Shown: piece after piece, positions 1 to 9,134 of the stretch | Layout of the letters: each line of letters starts with the position of its first letter | How positions within the stretch are numbered: position 1 is the stretch's first letter | From: Methanothrix sp. | GTDB lineage: Archaea; Halobacteriota; Methanosarcinia; Methanotrichales; Methanotrichaceae | DNA: 64,000 nt | Assembly: GCA_037128175.1 (NCBI GenBank) | Contig: JBAXWY010000001.1 | Coordinates: forward strand, 64,001 to 128,000 | Direction of reading: 5' to 3' | Made by a program: the position numbers and the translations under genes | The notes under the pieces: model-generated | Told to the model about the DNA's origin: nothing | Seen by the model: only the letters and a program-made list of their open reading frames with translations | Databases searched by the model: none

Positions 1-749
1 TCAAAGTAGGGGGCGATGAAGGTGAGGAAGTTGTAGAAGCCCTGCCCTCCCGCGAAGTTGGTCTGGGCGCTGCCCAGGGCTTTTACAGCGTGCAGCATGG
101 CCACCTCCGGTTTCTTGGCAGGACCTGCCACGCTGGCTTTGGTGCCAAGCCCATCGGGCATCAGGCCGTAGTACAAGAAATAGCGCAGATCCCAATCCTG
201 ACAGAACGGCCTTGTCCCGAAGTACTCCAGATCGTGGATGTGCAGGTCTCCGGCCAGGTGGCGGTCGGCGAGATGGGGTGGCAGCAGCAGCAGGTACTGC
301 TCTTTGCTGATCTTGTCTGCTTTCTTCTTGTGGCTGGTCTCGGCATTTTCCTGGAGGTTGGCATTCTCCTTGGACTCAAAACCCGTACCGATGTCGATGA
401 GGTGGGCATCGTAGACCGGAGTTCCCACGCGGGTGCAGATGTTGCGCCACTCCGTATGGTGCCTCTCTAAGAGGATTACATTCATGATCTCGCGCACCAG
501 GGGGCCGCTCAGGTACTGAACATTCATCCATCGCACCCGGCGCTCCACCTCTTTGGCAATATCCTGGGCCTCTTCCTCCGTAATGCCCGGCTCCTTGTAA
601 AATTGTTCAGATAGCTTTGTCTCCTTGAGGAGCTGCTTGGCTATGGCCTCTCTATCCCAGTCCAGCAGATGGCCGTCCGTAGTCCTAACTCTGGGCATGG
701 CAGAAACGGCCAGCCCTTCCAGGGTCTGCTGCACAATTCTGCTGCTCAA
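1..749 (-). CDS. nrdD: Anaerobic (class III) ribonucleoside-triphosphate reductase, 5' part (runs off window edge)
   Basis: Manual translation, absent from the ORF track: TTG at 749, MPRVRTTDGHLLDWDREAIAKQL (ATP-cone-like) ... KENAN ... GDLHIHDLEYFGTRPFCQDWDLR ... AQTNFAGGQG, typical of methanogen NrdD. Confidence 0.9.
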   Translation of the reverse strand, partial: MSSRIVQQTLEGLAVSAMPRVRTTDGHLLDWDREAIAKQLLKETKLSEQFYKEPGITEEEAQDIAKEVERRVRWMNVQYLSGPLVREIMNVILLERHHTEWRNICTRVGTPVYDAHLIDIGTGFESKENANLQENAETSHKKKADKISKEQYLLLLPPHLADRHLAGDLHIHDLEYFGTRPFCQDWDLRYFLYYGLMPDGLGTKASVAGPAKKPEVAMLHAVKALGSAQTNFAGGQGFYNFLTFIAPYF

Positions 750-935
750 AGCCCATCCCCTCTACCATAACGCAACATAACTCATCATCTCGATCATAAA
801 CGTGATAACGCATTTCTTCCTGAGTTTATCGGCTTTTCGCCCCAGAACACTCTTAAAATCTTTTAGCAATTATGTCTTCACTCATTAATAAAGAAAGCGC
901 TTGATATGCTCTGCGTTCTAGGCTATATTTCTAAC

Positions 936-1290
936 GCACGGGGGGTGAAAGTAATTTTCGGATCCGATTGCCTTTGAGTCAAAATGCAGCGCAGTACCAC
1001 GAAAGTAGAGCTATGAGGGTAATAAAAAGATTGATAAAAGCTCTTTGCACTTTCGGGATGCGGGATAGACGATTAGTAATCCGCCACCTCCTAATTATTT
1101 ACTATTTATGCAATATCCATCCTGAGTTTATTCGCGTTTCGCTCCGAACTCTATCATAATTTTTCTACAGGCAGATCATCTAGGGTAATAAACTGATCGG
1201 CTAAAATCTGCACGGAAAAAATTAAACCCATCCGGCGCGGAACGAAAGTAATCAATATAATTTTAGGAGCGCGAAACATCCCTTTTCACG
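936..1290 (-). promoter_or_regulatory. Cluster of CGAAAGTA/TTTCG motifs upstream of nrdD
   Basis: GCACGGGGGGTGAAAGTAAT (~936), CGAAAGTAG (~1000), ACTTTCGGG (~1049), GTTTCGCTCCG (~1136), GCGCGGAACGAAAGTAAT (~1236), CGCGAAAC (~1270). Confidence 0.45.
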
Positions 1291-1311
1291 AATCACTTAG
1301 TGAAGGTATCC

Positions 1312-2181
1312 TTACCTATCCCCGAGATAATTCCCAATTTCGGTCAATTTTCCAGATTGTTTCTCAAGTCTTTTCTCATCCGACCTGACTCGGCGCTCCA
1401 GTTTTTTGATATCCTCTTCGGGCGGAAGTTCTTCTGGCTTAATCCCCCTCTGCCCAAGCATTTGGCGAACGCTCTTGTTGTTTAGAACATGTTCGCTAGT
1501 GATGGGTAGCTCTCCATGCAAATCGTCATTCAGCACGTTGTGATTGGTCATTTCCGTAGCAAGATTTTTCGCGGCAATGGTAAGCGTGGGCAGAAAATCC
1601 GCCAAGGGACGGCATTGGGTGATTCCATATCTATTTTTCATCTCCTGGGTCGAATATCCTCCAAATAAGGCAGCATCGCCCTTTGATCGAATTCGCCCGA
1701 ATCCCGCGTTGTCCACGCCTCGCTCGTAGATGTTTTGCGAGAGCGTTTTCTCCGATTCCCGTAGGCGATCCCTAACTTCGAAACGGGCTTGGAGACGCAT
1801 CCTGTCTTCTATCAATTCTAGCTTGCGAGTTTGAACGGCGAAATAGCTTTGGGCAAAAGCAATAGGCTCCTTTTGGGGATCGCCGTTTTGGGCAATCAGA
1901 TAGCAGGCATAGCGAGTGAGCAAGAGGTCATCAACCTCCCTAAGTCCGCCTTTACCAAGTGTGATCATTTTAGTGACAGCACTAAAATGATCGTTGCTAT
2001 CGATTTTTGCGGTTTCACAAGACTCGATGGCCCGCTTTATGGTCCTGGAAAAGTTTTGCCAAGTAGCGTATCCCAATGGTTTTTGCAGATCTCTAGCAAA
2101 CCAGAATTCAGTGCCGTCATCCAAATTATTGGCTAACGAATCAAAATGGCTCTGCATTTGCTGGATAAGTTCTCTATTCAT
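1312..2181 (-). CDS. dinD: DNA damage-inducible protein D (Bro-N-like N-terminus)
   Basis: EFWFARDLQKPLGY, LTRYACYLIAQNGDP.KE.IAFAQSYFAVQTR, RPLADFLPTLTIAAKNLATEMT motifs. Confidence 0.9.
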   Translation of the reverse strand: MNRELIQQMQSHFDSLANNLDDGTEFWFARDLQKPLGYATWQNFSRTIKRAIESCETAKIDSNDHFSAVTKMITLGKGGLREVDDLLLTRYACYLIAQNGDPQKEPIAFAQSYFAVQTRKLELIEDRMRLQARFEVRDRLRESEKTLSQNIYERGVDNAGFGRIRSKGDAALFGGYSTQEMKNRYGITQCRPLADFLPTLTIAAKNLATEMTNHNVLNDDLHGELPITSEHVLNNKSVRQMLGQRGIKPEELPPEEDIKKLERRVRSDEKRLEKQSGKLTEIGNYLGDR

Positions 2182-2233
2182 TTATATTCCTCTTCCGGGC
2201 AATAATTTGCGTTCAAGGGCTATAATTATGATG

Positions 2234-2290
2234 TGCACGGGGCGAAAGTAATCAATACAATTTTGGGGAAGCGAAACGCATCCATTCTCA
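2234..2290 (-). repeat. Second copy of a ~45-bp element also found at ~1243-1290
   Basis: CGAAAGTAATCAATACAATTTTGGGGAAGCGAAAC vs CGAAAGTAATCAATATAATTTTAGGAGCGCGAAAC. Confidence 0.7.
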
Positions 2291-2415
2291 GGGACTTTTC
2301 GCGAAGGACAACGTTGCCATTCTTCCTCATGAACCGTAGTATTACCGCATACGAAAACTATTTCTCACTTAAAAAATCATGCCGATCATATTATCATGTT
2401 AGAGGTGGAAAAATA

Positions 2416-3057
2416 ATGAAACGCAATATCCTTTTAGGGCTGCTGGTCCTTCTGGCTTTCAGCCTCTCTCTACCAGGATGCATTGCCCAGTGCTGCGGTG
2501 CAGCGGCCTCTCTGGAAAGCCCGGCAAAGGCCAATGATTCCCAAAATGAACCGCTGAATACTTCCGGTGCCGTTGGCCTGTCCGACATGAGAGAAATGCA
2601 GCTTTACGAAAATGCAGAAAACGACTTTCGTGTCACATATCCCTCCGGCTGGATCGCAGAAGATGCCAATGCCAATGATCTGGGGCTGGTGGCAGGCTTC
2701 CTGGTTCCAGGAGAAGGCATGAACAGCTCTTCTATCTACATCACCTTGCAGGTTGAGGCGCTGCCGGAAGGCATGAATTTGACTCTGACCCAGTATGGCA
2801 TAGCGGCATTAAGCAGCCTGTTGGAAGCCTTGCCGGACCTGCAGATACTGGCGGAAAGCGACATTCCCATGGGTGGGCAGCCGGGACATGCTGTAGTCTA
2901 CAACCTCATGAGCGATGGTGCTGAATACAAAGTTCTTAGAGCCTGGACAGTCCAGGGAGATGCGGCTTACGTCTTCACCTACAACTCTCCAGTTGATCGC
3001 TACGATGAGTTCGCAAAAGATGCCAGCAAGATAATCGGGTCACTTGCCGTAGCCTGA
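2416..3057 (+). CDS. Secreted/lipoprotein with PsbP/DcrB-like domain
   Basis: Signal peptide MKRNILLGLL...PGC after RBS AGAGGTGG; YENAENDFRVTYPSGW...AYVFTY pattern. Confidence 0.65.
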   Translation: MKRNILLGLLVLLAFSLSLPGCIAQCCGAAASLESPAKANDSQNEPLNTSGAVGLSDMREMQLYENAENDFRVTYPSGWIAEDANANDLGLVAGFLVPGEGMNSSSIYITLQVEALPEGMNLTLTQYGIAALSSLLEALPDLQILAESDIPMGGQPGHAVVYNLMSDGAEYKVLRAWTVQGDAAYVFTYNSPVDRYDEFAKDASKIIGSLAVA

Positions 3058-3082
3058 ATCCCAGTTTTTAAAAAAATATTTT

Positions 3083-3697
<615 letters not shown>

Positions 3698-3796
3698 ACT
3701 ATCTCACCTTTGGTAAAAACAATCTAACGCATTCTATTTAGCTTTTCTTACAAATAGGCTTGCAGCGACAATTATGACTGCGATTATTTCATGTCT

Positions 3797-4174
3797 TTAC
3801 CAGAGTACAATGTACACCGCGTCTCCTTCCTTCTTGCCCTTTAAAAGCTGGCAGTGGCGGAGTATGGCGAACTGGTTCTCCAGCTCCGGGGAGGGGATCT
3901 GGAACCGCTCCATCAGCTCTGCCTTGGTGGCCTTGCCCTTCTGCAAAATGTACTCGTAGATCTCCTTTTGCAGATCTGTAAGGCCATCGGTTCCTTCCAG
4001 GCCGTGGCTCTCTCGGAATATCTGCTTCGACCTCACTGCCCAGGGATCGCAGACGCGAATCCGGTGACCAACATCGATGTAGCAGTTCTCGCAAAGGGTC
4101 TTGCCTTCCGTTGCGAATACCTCGTCCTCAGCGATCTCTTTGCCGCAGCTTTGACACTTTATGCCATCCAGCAT
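3797..4174 (-). CDS. Zn-finger (CxxC...CxxC) plus C-terminal wHTH-like protein
   Basis: CQSC, CENC, CDPW; LTDLQKEIYEYI...KATKAELMERF HTH-like segment. Confidence 0.6.
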   Translation of the reverse strand: MLDGIKCQSCGKEIAEDEVFATEGKTLCENCYIDVGHRIRVCDPWAVRSKQIFRESHGLEGTDGLTDLQKEIYEYILQKGKATKAELMERFQIPSPELENQFAILRHCQLLKGKKEGDAVYIVLW

Positions 4175-4236
4175 TTTCTATCTACCTCAATATTAATGAA
4201 AAAGTTCTAATAGAAAGAAGCTACTACGAGAAAATT

Positions 4237-4944
4237 ATGAGGGCATGCTTAATATTAATACTAATCCCAATCCTGGTCCTGGGGTTTGCCAATGCCTCCA
4301 AGATAACCGTGGGGCCGAAGGATGCGGATTATTCGCAGATTCAGCAGGCAATAGACAATTCCAGCCAGGGAGATACCATTGAGGTGCAAAGTGGAGTTTA
4401 TCGCGAGAACGTTCATGTCTATAAGACACTTACCTTGCAGGGCATTGACAGCGGTAATGGCCTTCCGGTTGTGGATGCCGGGGGATCGGGAAGCGTCATC
4501 AACATAGCGTCCAACGACACGATTGTTGAGGGCTTTAATATAACGGGCTCGGGCGGTTGTGGATGCGGCAACGCCGGGATAAAGGTTGAATCCAGCAATA
4601 ATATTGTGCAAGGTAACACAATTTACAAGAATAAGTATGGAATTTATATCCAGTCAGGCAATGAAAATAATACTTTTATGTCCAACGACCTGCTGGAGAA
4701 TGAAATAGCTGTAAGCGACAGTGGCATCAACAATCGATGGAATGGGAGCGCGCCGGCCGCAGGATTGCAGAGCCTCTTGGCGCTGATAAGCGGTTCGCGG
4801 GTTATGGGAAACCATTACAGCGATTACGATGAGGCGTCGGAGGGCTGTAATGATACCAACCAGGATAAAATTTGCGACATGCCAAGGATGATTGGAGGCG
4901 GTCCAGGAATAGATAATTATCCATCTGTTTCCTCCACAAATTGA
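4237..4944 (+). CDS. Secreted NosD/right-handed beta-helix protein
   Basis: Signal peptide, YSQIQQAID...GDTIEVQSGVYRENV, Asn-rich repeats, GNHYSDY. Confidence 0.8.
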   Translation: MRACLILILIPILVLGFANASKITVGPKDADYSQIQQAIDNSSQGDTIEVQSGVYRENVHVYKTLTLQGIDSGNGLPVVDAGGSGSVINIASNDTIVEGFNITGSGGCGCGNAGIKVESSNNIVQGNTIYKNKYGIYIQSGNENNTFMSNDLLENEIAVSDSGINNRWNGSAPAAGLQSLLALISGSRVMGNHYSDYDEASEGCNDTNQDKICDMPRMIGGGPGIDNYPSVSSTN

Positions 4945-4955
4945 TCTGAATAGAA

Positions 4956-5609
4956 ATGCTCGATTTAACTGATGGCAGCAGAGATAAGTGGCCGTCCGTT
5001 CTTGCTTCTATCGATTTTCCCGGCTTGCCCACTTCCGAAGCCGTGGCCAGAAATGGCAGCTTCTGCCAGGAGCTGTGCCGCCTCTTCGACCGGCTTCAAG
5101 AAGGCTTCGATCGCCTGACGGCTGACAAAAAGGCGAGGTGCGGCCTGGATGGAGTGGCATTTGAGGTCTTTTTGCAAATCGATCTGGAAAAGAGGAAAAT
5201 AGTGCTGGATAAGCTTTTCAAATATGTTGATATTGATTTTCATCTCTTCACAGAGCTTTTAGAAATACTGCAGCGCTATTTTTCAGAGTGTGATCTGGCG
5301 GTTCCCGCTTTGCAGGGATACGAACTGGCCAGGGAGATCCGGCGATTTCTCGGAGTGCCCGAAGTGGAGTGCGTCTTCCTGAAGGGAGACACTGAGGAGC
5401 GGCTGCTCATGGGCGACGCTCTGCAGGAGACGAGCTTCGAGAGCATCCTGGAGGACACACAGAGGCATTACGAGGAGCGGGGCGGCGTGGATAAGAAGAG
5501 GCAGGAACTGGGCCAGGGCAGGGAGCTCTCCATGTACTGGCGGGGGGCTGAGGACGAGGAGGAAGTCTTGTGGATGCAGGTGAGAATTGGATTAGCGAAG
5601 ATTTTTTGA
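4956..5609 (+). CDS. Hypothetical protein
   Basis: 217-aa ORF tightly spaced between neighbours, host-like codon usage. Confidence 0.6.
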   Translation: MLDLTDGSRDKWPSVLASIDFPGLPTSEAVARNGSFCQELCRLFDRLQEGFDRLTADKKARCGLDGVAFEVFLQIDLEKRKIVLDKLFKYVDIDFHLFTELLEILQRYFSECDLAVPALQGYELAREIRRFLGVPEVECVFLKGDTEERLLMGDALQETSFESILEDTQRHYEERGGVDKKRQELGQGRELSMYWRGAEDEEEVLWMQVRIGLAKIF

Positions 5610-5633
5610 CAAAGGTAAATCCAATGGTAAAAT

Positions 5634-6344
5634 ATGGAAAGTGATGTTCTGGTGGCCGTGCGGCAGGAACTGCTACAAAGCATTGACGAGAAGACCCGAG
5701 AGAGCGCCCAGCGCTTCTTCAAGGAGGATGTAAAGTTCCACGGCGTGAAGAGTGCCCAGGTCAAGAAGATCGCCACAAAATATTTCCGGGAAATAAAGGA
5801 CCGAGACAAAAAAGAGATCTTCTCTCTCTGTGAAAATCTCCTGCAGGCCAACTTTGGTGAAGAGGCCTCCATCGCCTTTGAATGGTCCTACTCTCTGCGT
5901 CGGGCGTACGAGCCGGAGGACTTTGCCGTATTCGAGAGATGGGTGGATCTGTACGTGGACAACTGGGCCAAGTGCGACACGCTTTGCAACCACACCCTGG
6001 GCACTTTCGTGGAGATGTATCCGCAGTTCATCGAAAACCTGGCAGCCTGGGCCCGCGCTGAGAATCGCTGGCTTCGGCGCGCCTCGGCTGTGACTTTGAT
6101 TTTGCCGGCCAGGAAGGGTGCATTTTTAGAGAAAGCTTTCGAGATATCCGACATCCTCCTCACGGACAAGGACGATATGGTGCAGAAGGGCTACGGCTGG
6201 CTGCTCAAGGAGGCAAGCCGCAAGCACCAGGCGGAGGTCTTCGACTACGTGATGAAGTGGAAGGCAAAGATGCCGCGTACAGCGCTACGCTATGCTATCG
6301 AGAAGATGCCGGTGGAGATGAAAAAAGAGGCGATGGCGAGGTAG
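5634..6344 (+). CDS. AlkD-family DNA alkylation repair enzyme
   Basis: DNWAKCD, NRWLRRAS, DMVQKGYGWLLKE, MPRTALRYAIEK. Confidence 0.9.
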   Translation: MESDVLVAVRQELLQSIDEKTRESAQRFFKEDVKFHGVKSAQVKKIATKYFREIKDRDKKEIFSLCENLLQANFGEEASIAFEWSYSLRRAYEPEDFAVFERWVDLYVDNWAKCDTLCNHTLGTFVEMYPQFIENLAAWARAENRWLRRASAVTLILPARKGAFLEKAFEISDILLTDKDDMVQKGYGWLLKEASRKHQAEVFDYVMKWKAKMPRTALRYAIEKMPVEMKKEAMAR

Positions 6345-6365
6345 GTGCATTTATGATTTTTTTAA

Positions 6366-6432
6366 CTTCGCGGCTTCGCGCCTTCGCTTGAAACCGGACC
6401 CGACTGAATCTCACGCGAAGCCTTGATTAGCG
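6366..6432. repeat. REP-like palindromic element (CGCGAAGN 8-nt units)
   Basis: CTTCGCGGCTTCGCGCCTTCGC is identical to 18555-18576 and is followed by the complementary arm TCACGCGAAG. Confidence 0.7.
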
Positions 6433-6485
6433 CGAAAAACGGTCAACCGTCCACAAAGGCACATTATCCACTCACAATCATGGCT

Positions 6486-7469
6486 TCAATTAGGCCAGGA
6501 AGTACCAGGCGCCCTGGACTGGGCCGCCAGGCAGAGAATTTCAAACATCAGCGTGGCCCCGGCCAGAGCCGTAATCCCGCTGGGATCGTAGGGTGGGGCT
6601 ACCTCCACCAGATCCCCGCCAATGACATTCAGCCCTGACAGACCACGTAAGACCTGCAAGGCCTCGAAGCTGCTCATGCCTCCAACCACCGGGGTTCCCG
6701 TACCCGGAGCGAAGGCCGGGTCCAGACAGTCGATGTCGAAGGATATGTAGACCGGACCGTCTCCAACTATGTTCCTTATTTCAGATACCGTCTTCTTCCA
6801 GCCCAGCTCGTAAAACTCTTCGATGTGAATTACTCTCATGCCGCAGTCGTAGGAGAATTGCCAGAGCAGCTCCGCCGCGCCCCGGATGCCGAGCTGCACA
6901 GTGCGCTTCGGGTCCACCAGCCCCGCCTGCACAGCATTTCGCATGGGGCAGCCGTGCTGCAATCCGCTTCCGTGAAAAGGTGCCGACGTGTCGCAATGCG
7001 AGTCGAAATGGATGAGGCCGACCTTCTCTTTTGAAGAGAGTGCTTTTAGAATGGGAAAGGTTATGGAGTGATCCCCGCCCGCGGTTATGGCCAGGACGTT
7101 GGCGGAGGACATTTTCCGGTAGAATGATTCAATATCTGAGTGGGCCTCTTCCAAATTATAGGTGGTATGGAAGGGCACATCTCCCACATCCGCTACCCGG
7201 TAATCGGCAAAGGGCGACATGCGGCTGTAGTGGTTGTAGACTCCCACCAGCAGTGACTGGTTCCTGATCTCCCGCGGGCCCAGGCGCGCGCCGCTGCGGT
7301 TGGTCACGCCCAGGTCGAAGGGCACGCCCACCAGAGCAATGTCCATATCTTTTATCTCCGCTTGATGTGGCGCCCCGAAAAAGGTAGGGATACCAGAGTA
7401 AGGTGGTTCCAGCATCTGGGGCGTGAAGGTCTTCACGCTCTTTGCGAGCTTTTTCATGTTGTCGTCCAT
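6486..7469 (-). CDS. Ureohydrolase (agmatinase/guanidino-acid hydrolase family)
   Basis: GGDHSIT, HFDSHCD, SFDIDCLDPAFAPGTGTP metal-binding motifs. Confidence 0.9.
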   Translation of the reverse strand: MDDNMKKLAKSVKTFTPQMLEPPYSGIPTFFGAPHQAEIKDMDIALVGVPFDLGVTNRSGARLGPREIRNQSLLVGVYNHYSRMSPFADYRVADVGDVPFHTTYNLEEAHSDIESFYRKMSSANVLAITAGGDHSITFPILKALSSKEKVGLIHFDSHCDTSAPFHGSGLQHGCPMRNAVQAGLVDPKRTVQLGIRGAAELLWQFSYDCGMRVIHIEEFYELGWKKTVSEIRNIVGDGPVYISFDIDCLDPAFAPGTGTPVVGGMSSFEALQVLRGLSGLNVIGGDLVEVAPPYDPSGITALAGATLMFEILCLAAQSRAPGTSWPN

Positions 7470-7515
7470 AACATTTCTCCTGAGATTCCTGCGCGGATGT
7501 GCCGCCACTATTTCA

Positions 7516-7767
7516 CTATCGATACGCCTTGCTGCGATTTCTGATTCGCAATACCAATACTCCGCCCTGTTTCTTGGAATAAACGACCCGGTAGTCTCCT
7601 ATGCGCAGTTTGAACAGTCCTTTAAATTGCCCGGTGAGCGCCTCTCCGCAGTCCGAATTACTGGATAACTCCTCTTCCAGCTCTTTGACTAATCTCAGGG
7701 CAACAGCCTTGTCCAGATTCTTCAGGTCGTGGGCCACAGACGATTTGTACTCAATCAGACAGGCCAA
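7516..7767 (-). CDS. RelE/ParE family toxin
   Basis: DLKNLDK...LTGQFKGLFKLRIGDYRVVY...IRNRSKAYR. Confidence 0.9.
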   Translation of the reverse strand: MACLIEYKSSVAHDLKNLDKAVALRLVKELEEELSSNSDCGEALTGQFKGLFKLRIGDYRVVYSKKQGGVLVLRIRNRSKAYR

Positions 7768-7984
7768 TTAGTTCCCTCATCTCTTCGCTAGATACCACTT
7801 TGTCGTTTTTATCGTTCAAACGCTCCTGGGCAATCAGGTAATCTGAATAATCCTCAAGATATGCCTGCAACGCTTTCTTGATGATATACGCCTTGGAGCG
7901 ATCTATCGTTTCAGAGAGGCTCTTCAGGCTATCTGCCATGTCATCTGGGAGCCTAATCGATACGGATGTGGAGATCTCAATCAC
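7751..7984 (-). CDS. Ribbon-helix-helix antitoxin (RelB/DUF6290-like)
   Basis: SVSIRLPDDM...DRSKAYIIKKAL; overlaps the toxin gene. Confidence 0.85.
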   Translation of the reverse strand: MIEISTSVSIRLPDDMADSLKSLSETIDRSKAYIIKKALQAYLEDYSDYLIAQERLNDKNDKVVSSEEMRELIGLSD

Positions 7985-8030
7985 CTTGTATTACAATGAA
8001 CTACAATGAAATATAAGCATATCAATGCAT

Positions 8031-8207
8031 TCACATCCTCCATCCCACATCATACCGCGCCCCGCACTCCGGGCAGATGAGGACGATCCGATAGCCGCTC
8101 TCCGTCCTCAAAAAAGAGCTGTGAAAACCCAGCTCATAGCCGCACTGGGGACAGATCCGAAACTCTTCTGCCAGATCAACCTTGACGATATCGCGAGAAG
8201 CCTTCAT
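8031..8207 (-). CDS. Small Zn-ribbon protein (58 aa), not in ORF track
   Basis: Manual translation MKASRDIVKVDLAEEFRICPQCGYELGFHSSFLRTESGYRIVLICPECGARYDVGWRM; two CPxCG motifs. Confidence 0.75.
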   Translation of the reverse strand: MKASRDIVKVDLAEEFRICPQCGYELGFHSSFLRTESGYRIVLICPECGARYDVGWRM

Positions 8208-8234
8208 GCGGCAGCATTATCCTTGTGATCTATT

Positions 8235-9083
8235 CTATTTTTCCTCGGGGCCATCATCGCATGGCCCGGCTGAGCCTGCCAGGTCGCCGATATACCGTCC
8301 GCAGTGCGGGCATCTAAATTTTTGCATCTTCCGATCCTCCTTTCTCTTAGCCAGCACCTCGGCAAAACCGGAGGCCAGAACGCCTGTAGGCAGGGCGAAG
8401 AGCCCTATGCCTAATATTACTACTATCGAGCCGATCAACTTGCCCCAGAGTGTCACGGGATATACATCTCCGTAGCCCACCGTGGCCAGGGTCACAATGC
8501 CCCACCACATGGCCACCGGAATGCTGGAGAAGGCCTCGGGCTGAGCAGCGTTCTCCGCCTCGTACATGAGGCTGGAGGAGACGACGAGCAGTATCATGAT
8601 GGCAAAGAACATGAGCAAAATCTCTTCCTTCTTCAGCCGCAACACATCCACGAAGGTCTGTAGCGCCTCGGAGTAGCGGGCCAGCTTCAGCACCCGGAAG
8701 AGCCGGAAGAGGCGCATGGCTCGCATGAACCTCAAATCCAGGAAGAAGATGGGCAGATAGAAAGGCAACACGGCTATGATATCGACTAAGGCCAGGGGCG
8801 TCACCAGGAATTGCAGCCTGCCCCGCACCGGATCTTTGAATCTGGGATTTACGGTGCAGCTCCAAACGCGAAGGATGTATTCAACGGTGAAGACGGCCAC
8901 GGAAAAAACATCGAAAGCACGAAAGAGTGGGGCGTAGGCAGAGTAGATCGACTGCACCGTCTCCAGGACCACCGCGGCTACGTTTAATACAATCAGGCCC
9001 ATGATGAAGGGGTCGAAGTACTTGCTGTCCTCATCTCCCGGCTCCAGTATGCCGTAGATGCGTGTCTTGAGGTCCTGCTTCAT
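8235..9083 (-). CDS. Voltage-gated 6TM potassium channel (canonical filter)
   Basis: S4 RFMRAMRLFRLFRVLKLAR; pore WWGIVTLATVGYGDVYP; C-terminal CPHC. Confidence 0.93.
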   Translation of the reverse strand: MKQDLKTRIYGILEPGDEDSKYFDPFIMGLIVLNVAAVVLETVQSIYSAYAPLFRAFDVFSVAVFTVEYILRVWSCTVNPRFKDPVRGRLQFLVTPLALVDIIAVLPFYLPIFFLDLRFMRAMRLFRLFRVLKLARYSEALQTFVDVLRLKKEEILLMFFAIMILLVVSSSLMYEAENAAQPEAFSSIPVAMWWGIVTLATVGYGDVYPVTLWGKLIGSIVVILGIGLFALPTGVLASGFAEVLAKRKEDRKMQKFRCPHCGRYIGDLAGSAGPCDDGPEEK

Positions 9084-9134
9084 TGTCGGCTTTTATGGAG
9101 AGCGGTTTTGCATTTAAATTCTTTCCAGCGTCAT

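Noticed and set aside
90-470. ORF-track entries at the window start (1..195, 90..470, 161..409)
   Set aside because: Shadow frames of the real minus-strand nrdD frame, which the track missed because it lacks a stop in the window
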